DNA of 64,000 nt from an uncultured bacterium. GTDB taxonomy: Bacteria > Acidobacteriota > HRBIN11 > JAKEFK01. Position numbers and translations under genes: made by a program. The stretch lies in assembly GCA_963777505.1 (NCBI GenBank), contig CAVZQN010000004.1:1575814-1639813 (forward strand), in the 5' to 3' direction. Below the pieces are notes generated by a model, which was given only the letters and a program-made list of their open reading frames with translations, did no database searches and was not told where the DNA came from. Positions 16,933 through 26,930 of this stretch are shown here, piece by piece (position 1 is the first letter of the stretch; each line of letters starts with the position of its first letter).

Positions 16933-18012
16933 ATGATTTCAATAAAATTCAGTATCGTCTTTATACTTTTGGCATCATTTGCGGTCGCGCAACAAGCGGA
17001 TCCTTATTTGGTTGGTGCCCATTATTATCTTTGGTATCGCAGCGGATCATGGGGAAACATTGATGGCGACCCTTTATTGGGTAAATATGATTCAGCTCAA
17101 GATTCAGTGATCAGTCAGCATATCCGCTGGGCAAAAAATTATGGAATCGATTTTTTTGGTGTGGAATGGGGCGGCAAAGATCGTGAACAAGATGAAGATA
17201 TGCGGAAACATTTTCTCGTGTCTTCCGATCTGAAAGGTTTTCAGTTCTGCATCGCTTACGATACTTTAACTCGATTTGCCAAATATCAATCTCCACCTTT
17301 TGATTTTAATGATTCGCGAATCTTGCACGAATTTGTATCGGATTTTGCATACTTAAGCCGTACATATTTTTCACATCCGAGCTATTTGAAGTTTAACGGG
17401 CGTCCGGTAGTTTGGGTTTACATCGCGCGAGGTTGGAAAGGGGATTGGAAGCGCGCACTTCGCGAAGCACGATATGAAGTGAAAAAGAACGGTTTTGATT
17501 TATATCTTGATGGCGATTTGCTGTGGCCTGATCGCACCGATACTGACCGGCTTTCATATTTTGATGCTGCTTCAGCATATGTATTGAATCAAAAGGAATT
17601 GTTTACAAAACAGAAAGTGAAGAAGACCGCCGACATTATTCCTATTGCTGATAAATATTTTCGCGAATGGGCAGGAATGTTAGACGTTGTAAAAAACAGA
17701 CAGACAAATGAAAAGGTAGCTTTTCATCCTGTTGTCCATCCACAGTTTTGGAAACCTGCAGACCCCGGCGCATTGTACTACTCTCTAGATTCACCAGATG
17801 ATTTCAAACGCTTTGCAGAAAAGGCGCGAGATACCGCTACATTGAATACACTTGCGAACGCAAAAGTCATCTGGATTACAAGCTGGAATGAATGGTATGA
17901 AGGTAGTTCGATTGAGCCAACGCACAACGGCCCTTCATACCAAAAGAATTATGGATTCGAATTGTTGAGAGCAATGAAGGAAGTATTTGTAGTAAGGCAC
18001 GCAGCCGAGTGA
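16933..18012 (+). CDS. Secreted TIM-barrel glycoside-hydrolase-like protein (GH99/GH71-like; uncertain)
   Basis: Signal peptide MISIKFSIVFILLASFAVAQQ; GAHYYLWY and VEWGG motifs recall GH99-type enzymes; weak assignment. Confidence 0.3.
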   Translation: MISIKFSIVFILLASFAVAQQADPYLVGAHYYLWYRSGSWGNIDGDPLLGKYDSAQDSVISQHIRWAKNYGIDFFGVEWGGKDREQDEDMRKHFLVSSDLKGFQFCIAYDTLTRFAKYQSPPFDFNDSRILHEFVSDFAYLSRTYFSHPSYLKFNGRPVVWVYIARGWKGDWKRALREARYEVKKNGFDLYLDGDLLWPDRTDTDRLSYFDAASAYVLNQKELFTKQKVKKTADIIPIADKYFREWAGMLDVVKNRQTNEKVAFHPVVHPQFWKPADPGALYYSLDSPDDFKRFAEKARDTATLNTLANAKVIWITSWNEWYEGSSIEPTHNGPSYQKNYGFELLRAMKEVFVVRHAAE

Positions 18013-18046
18013 ATACGAGGCAGTGCCGTAATACAGAACGAACAAA

Positions 18047-19126
18047 ATGACAGACCTCTTAAAACGTTATGGCTGGAATCAATTCTTTGAACAGCAGTTT
18101 GCTTCTCTTGTTGATGAAGGCTTGATTCCAGGGCGTGTCATAGAACAACAACGAAATAGCTACACTTTGAAATCAGAGCAAGGCGATTTATTGGCTCACA
18201 TCGCAGGAAAAGTCAGGTATCATGCGCGCGGGATCGAAGATCTTCCCGCCGTTGGGGATTGGGTCGTTGCTCAACCAACTGGTGATGGCGCAGCGCGAAT
18301 TGAACAGATATTAAAAAGACAAACCCAGTTTGTGCGAAAAGCTCCAGGCGAACGAACAGAACAGCAGGTACTCGCTGCAAATGTTGACGCGGTATTTCTT
18401 GTCAGCGGACTGGATCAAGACTTTAATTTGCGCCGGATCGAACGGTATCTTGTTCTGGCAATTGAAAGCGGAGCGCGTCCGATTATTGTTTTGAACAAAG
18501 CCGACCTCTGTGAAAATATCCTAAACAAGATTGATGAAGTACGATCGATAGCGCCAGCAACCCCAATCGTTGCAATGAGCGCGCTATACGACGAAGGACT
18601 TGATGCATTTGAAAAAAATCTTCCGGAACGTTCTACCGCAGTTTTGCTTGGCTCTTCCGGTGTCGGAAAATCAACGATCATTAATCATTTGATGGGACAT
18701 GAAACGCAAACCACTCAAAGCGTTCGTGAAAGTGACAGCCGTGGACGCCATACAACAACACATCGCGAATTGATGATGCTTCAGTGGGGCGCAATGTTAA
18801 TCGATACGCCTGGATTACGCGAACTTCAGCTTTGGGGTGAGGCTCAAAGTGTTCAGGATACTTTTCAGGATATTAGCGATATCGCGTCGTCTTGCAAGTT
18901 TTCCGATTGTGTTCATGAATCCGAACCAGGATGTGCCGTAAAAGCGGCTCTAAAGGAGGGTTCGCTGAATCAAGATCGTTATGATAGCTATGTAAAACTT
19001 CAACGTGAAATTTCATATTTGAAGCGGAAGGAAGATCCAAAAGAACAGCGAAATGAAAAAGAGCGCTGGAAGAAAATTCATCAGGCAAACAAACAATTCT
19101 ACAAAACCCCCAAACATTCGAATTAA
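18047..19126 (+). CDS. rsgA: Ribosome small-subunit-dependent GTPase A
   Basis: Circularly permuted GTPase motifs VLNKADL, GSSGVGKSTIIN, DTPG and the C-terminal zinc-finger CKFSDCVHESEPGC. Confidence 0.85.
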   Translation: MTDLLKRYGWNQFFEQQFASLVDEGLIPGRVIEQQRNSYTLKSEQGDLLAHIAGKVRYHARGIEDLPAVGDWVVAQPTGDGAARIEQILKRQTQFVRKAPGERTEQQVLAANVDAVFLVSGLDQDFNLRRIERYLVLAIESGARPIIVLNKADLCENILNKIDEVRSIAPATPIVAMSALYDEGLDAFEKNLPERSTAVLLGSSGVGKSTIINHLMGHETQTTQSVRESDSRGRHTTTHRELMMLQWGAMLIDTPGLRELQLWGEAQSVQDTFQDISDIASSCKFSDCVHESEPGCAVKAALKEGSLNQDRYDSYVKLQREISYLKRKEDPKEQRNEKERWKKIHQANKQFYKTPKHSN

Positions 19127-19148
19127 TGTTTTTTTTTACCGCAAAGAC

Positions 19149-20162
19149 TCAGATGACAAGTTCTGAAACGGGGAAGAGAGCAGGGGAGTTTTCTAGAACT
19201 TTAGTTACTGCCGATTCAACCGGCCCATTCATCAATATTCCTGATGCATGTTGATGTCCGCCACCGCCGAAACGTGCTGCAAATTTATTTACATCAACAT
19301 CACCTTTGGAACGCAAACTCACTTTGACTCGTCCATCAGGAAGTTCAAGAAACAGAAGTGACGCAAGAACATTTTTGATTCCACGTGCAATGTCAACGAA
19401 TCCTTCAATCTCTTCCGGTTCTACGCCCGTTTTTGTCAGCATGTCTTGAGTAACGACAGCCCAGGCAAGGCGTCCTGTGTGCATATATTCGAGATTGCAC
19501 AACACCATTCCAAGGAGTTTTACACGCGCCGGCGAACATCGCTCATAAATTTGTTCGTAGATGTGAGCGGGATTGATCCCAGTTTGAAGTAACTGAGAGG
19601 CGGCAACATGAGTCCGGTGATTGGTGTTGGGAAACCGGAATGCTCCAGTATCCGTCAAGATCGAAGCATACAACGGCTCAGCTATATCCGTCGTGAGTGG
19701 AGAATTCATTTCTGTAATCAGTTCAAGAACAAGTTCTCCTGAAGCACATGCGTCCTGGCAAATCCAGTTAATATCTGCAAAATCGCCGCAAAGCGGATGA
19801 TGATCGATGCAAATCTTGAGTGCCGGATGATTTTGAATAACAGAATGCATCGGACCTAATCTTTCCCACTTACTGATATCCAGAATGAAAATCACTTGAG
19901 CTTTATCGATGATGGAAGTGTCATGAGGTTCGTACAAGAAAATTTCGGATGGTCTCTCCAGAAATTGATATTTCCGCGGAGTCCATGTGGAGTTAACGAT
20001 ACAGGCTTCTTTGCCAAGCCTTTTCAAGAAGCGCAGAAGACCGAGTTCGGATCCGATACCATCACCATCTGGATTTACGTGTGTGGTGATGATGAAGCGT
20101 TGATTTGCGTTAATGGCTTCTTTCGTTTTTGTAAAAGCGTCCATGTCTCGGAGGTTAAACAA
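19149..20162 (-). CDS. DHH-family phosphoesterase (NrnA-like nanoRNase/pAp phosphatase)
   Basis: HVNPDGDGIGS and DHH-type motifs; track start is TTG at 20162, an in-frame ATG lies 18 nt downstream. Confidence 0.75.
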   Translation of the reverse strand: MFNLRDMDAFTKTKEAINANQRFIITTHVNPDGDGIGSELGLLRFLKRLGKEACIVNSTWTPRKYQFLERPSEIFLYEPHDTSIIDKAQVIFILDISKWERLGPMHSVIQNHPALKICIDHHPLCGDFADINWICQDACASGELVLELITEMNSPLTTDIAEPLYASILTDTGAFRFPNTNHRTHVAASQLLQTGINPAHIYEQIYERCSPARVKLLGMVLCNLEYMHTGRLAWAVVTQDMLTKTGVEPEEIEGFVDIARGIKNVLASLLFLELPDGRVKVSLRSKGDVDVNKFAARFGGGGHQHASGILMNGPVESAVTKVLENSPALFPVSELVI

Positions 20163-21104
20163 TCACAAAACTATTTCCAGCCCCTCAAAAGCTGCGATTG
20201 AATTTTGGAACATGCTCCTTGCGCGCTTTTCCATTTCCTGGATAGTCGCGTCATCATACATGGGATCGTAATGAAATAATGCTAATTGTTGAACTCTTGA
20301 TTGTGTTGCTACATCGGCAGCCATGTCTACAGTGCTATGTCCATAACCCTGAACGTACGTTGAGCCTGTAATGTAATCATTCTGCATATATTGCGAATCA
20401 TGAATGAGAAGTGTCGCTCCTTGCGCGAAATTGATTAATCTTTGATCCCCTCCAACATATCCTTCAGTGTCTGTTGCATAGACGACGCTCTTACCATTCA
20501 TCTCAATGCGATAGACAAATACTCCGCCGTTTGGATGAGCCAGACTGTGCATCACTCTAATTCGAATTTTATAGATGCCTTTTGATTTGTCATCTCTGTA
20601 ATAGTTCAGGACTTTCGGTGGATCATCATTGTTTTCAAAAACGATAATTTCTGATTCATTTACACTTCGAATCTTGCGGAATGATGGTAAATCTTCAAGT
20701 TGAACAGGAAAGTAAGGACTTACCATTGCTTTGCTTAACCCTTGTTCAAGTTCTTCTTCCAAAAGACGCGGGCCAAATAAATAGCAAGTACTGGTTGGAA
20801 TGTACGCTGGTTTAAAAAATGCAAAGCCTTGAGTGTGGTCGTGGTGAGTGTGGCTGAAAAGAATTGTGAAAACAATTTTTTCGCGATCGGATGTATTGCT
20901 GCCGCTAGCTAAATGATTCCGGGCGATCTCCTGACCGAGTCCGATAATTCCGGTGCCCGCATCAAGAATGATGAGATGTTTTCCGGCATGAACTTCAACA
21001 CAGGAAGTGTTGCCACCGAAGTGAACTGTATTGGGGCCAGGCATTGCATGACTACCGCGTACGCCGCGGAATTTAACTGCGAATCGATCGCTGGCGTTTG
21101 CCAT
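20163..21104 (-). CDS. MBL-fold metallo-hydrolase
   Basis: HTHHDHTQG zinc-binding motif; start set to ATG 21102-21104 with GAGAGGGA RBS; abuts the DHH gene (operon). Confidence 0.7.
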   Translation of the reverse strand: MANASDRFAVKFRGVRGSHAMPGPNTVHFGGNTSCVEVHAGKHLIILDAGTGIIGLGQEIARNHLASGSNTSDREKIVFTILFSHTHHDHTQGFAFFKPAYIPTSTCYLFGPRLLEEELEQGLSKAMVSPYFPVQLEDLPSFRKIRSVNESEIIVFENNDDPPKVLNYYRDDKSKGIYKIRIRVMHSLAHPNGGVFVYRIEMNGKSVVYATDTEGYVGGDQRLINFAQGATLLIHDSQYMQNDYITGSTYVQGYGHSTVDMAADVATQSRVQQLALFHYDPMYDDATIQEMEKRARSMFQNSIAAFEGLEIVL

Positions 21105-21184
21105 GGCCGTCCCTCTCAATTATCCCCTTGGGCCTAAATAAGGCTCCAATGTTAGCAGAAGACAATAACCTCTGCAATAAATAA

Positions 21185-21913
21185 TCAACCACTGTAACTG
21201 TCGAAGCGAGCGAGCCAGGCGCTCAGCCTTGAGAATTGGTTTGTCGCTACCAGCAGCCCAATTAAAATCAATAACACACCACTGGCTAATTCAATTCCAC
21301 GATAATGCTTCTTAATAGCCTTAAACACATTCATAGCATAGTTCAAGGCTATTCCGGTTAAGAGAAAAGGTACACCGAGTCCCATTGAATAAACAGCGAG
21401 AAGTATGATCCCATCTGCCGTTGTTTTTTGATCTGCAGCAATTAAGAGAATCCCACTTAGAATTGGACCGATACAAGGGGTCCAGCCGAATGCAAATGCT
21501 GCACCGATTAAGACAGATCCTAGCATCCCCAAAGGTTTTTCTTTTACATGAACCCGTTTTTCATAATCCAGCCATTTGATTCGATAAACCCCTGCAAGAT
21601 GCAAACCCAACACAATGATTACGATGCCACCGATTACATTAATGTATGTTTTGTAAAGTACAAGATACTGTCCGATATAACTTGCTGTCGCGCCAAGAGT
21701 ACAAAAAACAAGGCTGAATCCCAGGACAAATAACAGAGTATTGATGATGACTTTTCGTCCCGTCCCTTTTTCTTCGGTTTTGCCTCGCATTGCATCCAGC
21801 GATACACCCGAAATGTAGGAGAGATAAGCCGGTACCAATGGCAACACGCATGGTGAAATGAATGAGAGCAAACCGGCTGTGAAAGCTGTTATGAAATTTA
21901 CTTGTTCAGTCAT
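21185..21913 (-). CDS. ccdA: Cytochrome c-type biogenesis protein CcdA (DsbD-like thiol:disulfide transporter core)
   Basis: LSFISPCVLPLVPAYLSYISG with conserved Cys, second Cys in GWTPCIGPIL, 6 TM segments. Confidence 0.8.
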   Translation of the reverse strand: MTEQVNFITAFTAGLLSFISPCVLPLVPAYLSYISGVSLDAMRGKTEEKGTGRKVIINTLLFVLGFSLVFCTLGATASYIGQYLVLYKTYINVIGGIVIIVLGLHLAGVYRIKWLDYEKRVHVKEKPLGMLGSVLIGAAFAFGWTPCIGPILSGILLIAADQKTTADGIILLAVYSMGLGVPFLLTGIALNYAMNVFKAIKKHYRGIELASGVLLILIGLLVATNQFSRLSAWLARFDSYSG

Positions 21914-22046
21914 CTATGTGACTCTTCGAGGCCCGGTCCCGCGGATGCGGGGATCGGGGACCGGGCCTCAGTATTTCTTGCACTCGGAGGCCCGGCCTTA
22001 CGCACCCTATCACCGCAAGGCCGGGCCTCATTGTTAGCATCACGCA
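21914..22046. repeat. Pair of GC-rich REP-like hairpins (13-bp stems GAGGCCCGGTCCC/GGGGACCGGGCCTC and GAGGCCCGGCCTT/AAGGCCGGGCCTC)
   Basis: Perfect inverted repeats read directly; GC-rich in an ~45% GC background; no T-tract on either strand. Confidence 0.6.
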
Positions 22047-23516
22047 TCACGTTCTTCCAATATCGGACAAAAGGTGGAGAATGCATCGGACTCCGAACCC
22101 ACTGGCTGCTTTGCTGTAGACACCCCATTCACGTTCTTGCCATGCAGGTCCAGCAATATCCAGATGTACCCATTTAGGATGATTGATGAATTCTGATAAG
22201 AATAGAGCAGCCTGGATCGTTCCTGCTTCAGGTATACCGCTTGAGTTTCGAATGTCGGCAATATCGCTGCGGATTAAATCTCTATAAGGTTCGAACAGAG
22301 GAAGCGGACACATTGTTTCGCCGGAATTTTTTCCGGCGCGTACAACTTGTTGAACGAATGATTCATTATTGCCAATCACAGCAGCCATTAATCTGCCGAG
22401 CCCCACTACCTGAGCGCCTGTTAACGTTGCAATATCAACTAAATAATCCGGCTTCAAAGTCTGGGCATAGGTCAAACCATCAGCAAGCGCCAGACGACCT
22501 TCGGCATCAGTGTTTGTGATTTCAATAGTCTTTCCGTTCATCGCACGGATAACGTCACCGGGGCGGTTTGCTCGTCCACCAGGCATATTTTCCGTGACCA
22601 TCATTAAAGCAGTCACAGTTAAAGGCAGCTTCAGTTCTGCCGCCGCTTGCACGCAGGCAAGTGCTGTGGCTGCGCCGGCCATGTCCGACTTCATGTGCTC
22701 CATTCCTTTTTCTGTCTTCAAGGAAAGTCCACCCGAATCGAACGTGATCCCTTTTCCAATTAAGGCAACATGAGCTATAGACTTTTTGGGATGCTTGTAA
22801 GTTAAATGCACCATCCGGCCTTGCTGTGTGCTTCCTTTTCCAACTGAAAGGAATGCGTTAGCCCGCATCTTTTCTAATTCAGGAGCTTCAAAAACTTTGA
22901 TCCGCAATTTATTCTTACGTGCAATTACTTCTGCGTTGCGTGCCAGTGTGGAAGGGTTCAAATGATCAGGAGGTTCATTGACATAGTCACGGACAAGCGA
23001 AACCGCGCGGCAATGCACTTCTGCGATTTGAATTGGATTGCCCTTCGCTTGAGTCGTGCAAATACTAACGGATTGAAGCTGTTTGTCTTTGTCAGGCTTT
23101 GATTTAAATCGAACATATTGATACCCCGCAAGTAAGCTCCCTTCAGCGATTGCCTGAACTTCTGAATCTTTTGAAGGATCAAATGCAATTGTAAGTGAAC
23201 TTAACCCTCGCAAAGCCGCTTGACGAGATGCGATATACGCTGCTTCCCGTAACATATCCGTTGACGGTTCGCCATTTGTTTTGACAGCCACACAAAGGAC
23301 ACGGGAAGGGCTATCAGATCCTGTATACAACAGCAAAGAATTCCGTTTCCGAACCGTAAAATGCGTCGATTCCAGCTCGCGCTTCAAGTATCCCTTTAAG
23401 AAGGCATTCAACTTTGAACCCGATTTTGTAAGTTCGTAGTTGTCTCGAACTAAAACAGCAATCGCATCCGCTTGAATATGAACAGGATCATCCGTTACGT
23501 GTTTTATCTTCATCAT
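22047..23516 (-). CDS. pepA: Leucyl aminopeptidase (M17 family)
   Basis: NTDAEGRL signature (ITNTDAEGRLALAD), 489 aa. Confidence 0.9.
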   Translation of the reverse strand: MMKIKHVTDDPVHIQADAIAVLVRDNYELTKSGSKLNAFLKGYLKRELESTHFTVRKRNSLLLYTGSDSPSRVLCVAVKTNGEPSTDMLREAAYIASRQAALRGLSSLTIAFDPSKDSEVQAIAEGSLLAGYQYVRFKSKPDKDKQLQSVSICTTQAKGNPIQIAEVHCRAVSLVRDYVNEPPDHLNPSTLARNAEVIARKNKLRIKVFEAPELEKMRANAFLSVGKGSTQQGRMVHLTYKHPKKSIAHVALIGKGITFDSGGLSLKTEKGMEHMKSDMAGAATALACVQAAAELKLPLTVTALMMVTENMPGGRANRPGDVIRAMNGKTIEITNTDAEGRLALADGLTYAQTLKPDYLVDIATLTGAQVVGLGRLMAAVIGNNESFVQQVVRAGKNSGETMCPLPLFEPYRDLIRSDIADIRNSSGIPEAGTIQAALFLSEFINHPKWVHLDIAGPAWQEREWGVYSKAASGFGVRCILHLLSDIGRT

Positions 23517-23691
23517 CGCAAACTCACTATTATAAGGTCTTTATTTTCGATTTTTCATTTTTGTCTTCCATTTTTATGTAATCACTTGAGCCGACTTGAT
23601 TTAGCGACATGTTCCTGATAGGATGGAAAGCTCCTTGAGGGCGAGGGATTGTAATCCCGATTAGAATTTAAATCGATTAGGGTAAGACGGG

Positions 23692-24393
23692 ATGGCGCTT
23701 CGGCAATCGGATAAACTTCAATCATTAGAACATCAGGTTGAGCTTTTACAAGCTGAACTCCAGCAGTATAAAGAAGCAAATCAAATATTACAGCAGCAAT
23801 ATAACACGCTCAAACTTCAAAATGAGCGGATGTTGAAAAAGGAGGCGGAACATCAAAACGCCAAATCACACCTCCTCCAGAAACGCATTATCATGTCTCG
23901 TGCTATTGTGCTTGTGCCTGAAAATTTGGTGATAGGCGACCGTCTTGAAAATTGCACAATCAAGGTTTATCGCGGAACCAATGTTGTTTTAAGTGATACG
24001 GCTGAGCTTATTAACTGCCGTATTATTGGTTTGGATCATGCGTCAGATGGACGTACTGTTACGAATAGTAAAAATCAGGGGACAATCGAGATTAAAGGTG
24101 TTTTCTACAATATGACTCCTCGCAAGTTTGCGATTGCAACATCCGAACGCGTGGTTATTAGTCCTGGTGCTCGATTCGTCGGCAATATAAGAGCAGATCG
24201 AATTGTGATCAATGAACTGACGAAAGTTCGTGGAAGATTCGCATCGAATGATTTAATTAGAAAATTGCGGGAAGAAAAAGAACAGAAAAAAATAGCTTCA
24301 AGGAAATTTGAAGACACCAAACCCCACGAAAATAAAATCGAAAACGTACTGGACGGTTCAAATGAAACTGTTCAGGTGACAGAAATAGGATAA
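23692..24393 (+). CDS. Bactofilin-like protein with N-terminal coiled coil
   Basis: N-terminal heptad-like LQSLEHQVELLQAELQQYKEANQILQQQ; central beta-helix-like region VIGDRLENCTIKVYRGTNVVLSDTAELINCRIIG. Confidence 0.45.
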   Translation: MALRQSDKLQSLEHQVELLQAELQQYKEANQILQQQYNTLKLQNERMLKKEAEHQNAKSHLLQKRIIMSRAIVLVPENLVIGDRLENCTIKVYRGTNVVLSDTAELINCRIIGLDHASDGRTVTNSKNQGTIEIKGVFYNMTPRKFAIATSERVVISPGARFVGNIRADRIVINELTKVRGRFASNDLIRKLREEKEQKKIASRKFEDTKPHENKIENVLDGSNETVQVTEIG

Positions 24394-24401
24394 GAGGTAC
24401 T

Positions 24402-24845
24402 ATGAATCAGGAACCAAAGGTTACCAGAGTCGCAGAGGGGACGGTCATTAAGGGGGAAATTTCGTTTCCGGGTGGTAAACTCCGCCTTGAAGGAGAATTG
24501 CAGGGAAATGTAACCTCAATTGACGGTCTCGAAGTAACACAGAAAGGCCGTCTGAAAGGGGATGTACATATGGCTGCCGAGATTGAATTGCTTGGCACCA
24601 TAGAAGGCAACATCAAAACACGTAAGCTAATCATTCGCCCTTCTGGTGTTTTAACCGGGAATTTAGAGGTTGAACATTTTGTAATGGAAGAGGGTGGACG
24701 AATTCTGGGCGAAGTAAAAATGAATTTGGGCGAGATGAAAGAATCTTGGAAAACAGCACCAGCACGTCCGCCAAGCAGCCCAAGCAGCTCAGGCGGAAGT
24801 CCCCGCGGCGAAACATTAAGTTCAGCCATTTCTAAAGGGCATTGA
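24402..24845 (+). CDS. Bactofilin (DUF583) with Pro/Ser-rich C-terminal tail
   Basis: GTVIKGEISFPGGKLRLEGELQGNVTSIDGLEVTQKGRLKGDV... repetitive beta-helix pattern typical of bactofilins. Confidence 0.7.
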   Translation: MNQEPKVTRVAEGTVIKGEISFPGGKLRLEGELQGNVTSIDGLEVTQKGRLKGDVHMAAEIELLGTIEGNIKTRKLIIRPSGVLTGNLEVEHFVMEEGGRILGEVKMNLGEMKESWKTAPARPPSSPSSSGGSPRGETLSSAISKGH

Positions 24846-25450
24846 TGCGTCGAAAACAATGGGCCATATCCGCCCTTGTATTCGCTGCATCACTATACTT
24901 TTTGCTGTACTCTCAGCAGTTCTTCTCACAGCGGAAGGGAGAGCCACAAAATGCTGCACTTCCTTCCGCATCAGAACCTGCCCAAAATATCATTCTTCTA
25001 GCAAACGAAGATTATTATCCTTTCCTGAAACAACACTTCCGAAATGCTAAAAGCCGCATTATCGGGACAGTCTATCTGTTAAGAATGACTTCACACCCCG
25101 AAAATGCACCAGCAGATTTACTTCGTGAATTGATTGCTGCTAAAAATCGGAAAGTGGAGGTGGATATTGTGCTGGAGGTTTCAAATGACAAAGATCCAAC
25201 GGATATCAATCTGGAAGCGGCTAAACAACTAACGGATGCTGGAGTAAATGTGCAATTGGATCATCAAAGAATAACCACACATTCAAAGGTCTTCGTGATC
25301 GATGACAGGTATTGTTTTGTGGGAAGCCACAATATGACTCATTCAGCATTGACAATGAATCAAGAGCTTTCAATTTATGTGGATTCAAAAGAGCTCGCTT
25401 CAAAAATTACAAACTTTGTAAGACAAATTCCCCTTTCGGGGTCCCAATAG
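24842..25450 (+). CDS. Phospholipase D-like (single HKD motif, Nuc/cardiolipin-synthase-like) membrane-anchored protein
   Basis: HSKVFVIDDRYCFVGSHNMT = HxKx4Dx6GSxN; N-terminal hydrophobic segment; start overlaps the bactofilin stop. Confidence 0.75.
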   Translation: MMRRKQWAISALVFAASLYFLLYSQQFFSQRKGEPQNAALPSASEPAQNIILLANEDYYPFLKQHFRNAKSRIIGTVYLLRMTSHPENAPADLLRELIAAKNRKVEVDIVLEVSNDKDPTDINLEAAKQLTDAGVNVQLDHQRITTHSKVFVIDDRYCFVGSHNMTHSALTMNQELSIYVDSKELASKITNFVRQIPLSGSQ

Positions 25451-25491
25451 GGCATTGTGACTGAAGAGAGCGCAGAGATATAATCACAAAA

Positions 25492-26079
25492 ATGCAAGTT
25501 CTCGATGATCTCGCTTCCTCCTATGATCGAATTGTCGAAGTACTTCGTGGTGGGGGGATCATTTGTTATCCAACCGAAACTTTTTACGCTCTTGGCGTTG
25601 ATCCCTGGAATGCAAATGCATGCGAACGGCTCTATCGCTTAAAACAACGAAGTTCTGACAAAGAGCTACCCCTCATTGCTGCGAACCTGGAGATGGCATC
25701 GAAGTTCTTTGATCTATCGGATCACAGGGTTCAAATTCTTATCCAGAAATTTTGGCCCGGCGCATTAACACTTGTCATTCCTTCTGCGGATAAATCCCGA
25801 AATTACGCAGTTCGAGTCTCTTCTCTTCCCGAAGCGCAAAAAATTTCTGAAGCATTCGGTAAGCCAATTGTTTCAACAAGCGCTAATATCAGTGGTATCA
25901 GGCCGATTTCGTCTCCGGGTGAACTAAGCCAGGAGTTAATTTCCGGAATTGATGTTCTCCTGGATGGAGGCGTTTGCGCAGGAGGTTTACCTTCCACGAT
26001 TGTTTCAATCTTAAAACCCGACATTGAAATTCTTCGTGAAGGAGCTATCTCTTCAAAAGAGATCCTTTCACTTTTATGA
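25492..26079 (+). CDS. tsaC: L-threonylcarbamoyladenylate synthase (YrdC/Sua5 domain)
   Basis: GGIICYPTETFYALGVD and STSANISG motifs. Confidence 0.85.
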   Translation: MQVLDDLASSYDRIVEVLRGGGIICYPTETFYALGVDPWNANACERLYRLKQRSSDKELPLIAANLEMASKFFDLSDHRVQILIQKFWPGALTLVIPSADKSRNYAVRVSSLPEAQKISEAFGKPIVSTSANISGIRPISSPGELSQELISGIDVLLDGGVCAGGLPSTIVSILKPDIEILREGAISSKEILSLL

Positions 26080-26930
26080 AGATTCGAAAACAAGACATTT
26101 ATCTATCCCCGGATCATCCTTCAACTCTGCTGACTTTGAAGCCGCTTTCGATTGTTGCTGCGCCTCTTGTTTTAAACAAAAACGGAATTCTTTTGGATGG
26201 CTACAGACGATATCAACTGATGGAAGGAGATTTTGTTGATGCAGTCCAAATCGATGCGCAGAATGTATTCGATGCAGCCTATGAAATGAATTTGAATACC
26301 CGCATCTGGGATGATCGTGATTGCTTCTTATGGTCGCGGTGGGCTCGTACTCTCGGAGCAAATCCCTCGCGCCTTCCTATAAACCGCTTTTCTACAGCAA
26401 TTGAATCTGCGCCGCAAGAGTTACTACATTTGATGGCAGAGCGAAAGATCACAATGCGGAAAGCAGTCTTGATTCAGGAAGCTCCACCGGCGGCCCGCGA
26501 GATATTTACTGATCTTTTAACAAACGGTTTGAGTCTGAATGACAATGAAGCCGCCGACCTGATCCGGATGGCATGGGACGTCAAAACCAGGCTCAATTCA
26601 CAAGGTCTTCAGGGTCTTTTTCAGGGTGAGCTTTTTGCCGGTATTTTGCAGAATTCGAGCCTGTCTCCCAGACAAAGAGGAGAGGCATTGTTGAAAGAAT
26701 TGAGGGCAGTGCGTTATCCTTTATATCAAGAGAAGCTGGAGCAGTTTACGTCGAATTGGCAACAACTGAACTTAGGGAACGGCGTACAGGTTAAACGACG
26801 TTCTTTCATTGAACGCGGCGTTCTTGAAATTTCATTTACGTCATCTTCATTGGAGGAGTTAAAGGAAAATATCGAGAGGCTCACGACTAGCTTGAATGCG
26901 GGGTCATGGGTCAGGATTTGGGAAGAATGA
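26076..26930 (+). CDS. Hypothetical protein with possible ParB/Srx-like N-terminal domain
   Basis: ILLDGYRRYQL resembles the ParB-fold GxxRxxA motif; ATGA overlap with tsaC; the rest is helical and unassigned. Confidence 0.3.
   Translation: MKIRKQDIYLSPDHPSTLLTLKPLSIVAAPLVLNKNGILLDGYRRYQLMEGDFVDAVQIDAQNVFDAAYEMNLNTRIWDDRDCFLWSRWARTLGANPSRLPINRFSTAIESAPQELLHLMAERKITMRKAVLIQEAPPAAREIFTDLLTNGLSLNDNEAADLIRMAWDVKTRLNSQGLQGLFQGELFAGILQNSSLSPRQRGEALLKELRAVRYPLYQEKLEQFTSNWQQLNLGNGVQVKRRSFIERGVLEISFTSSSLEELKENIERLTTSLNAGSWVRIWEE

Noticed and set aside
21902-22177. 91-aa ORF across the GC-rich hairpins
   Set aside because: It is translated from palindromic repeat DNA and the pepA 3' end, with no coding signal.
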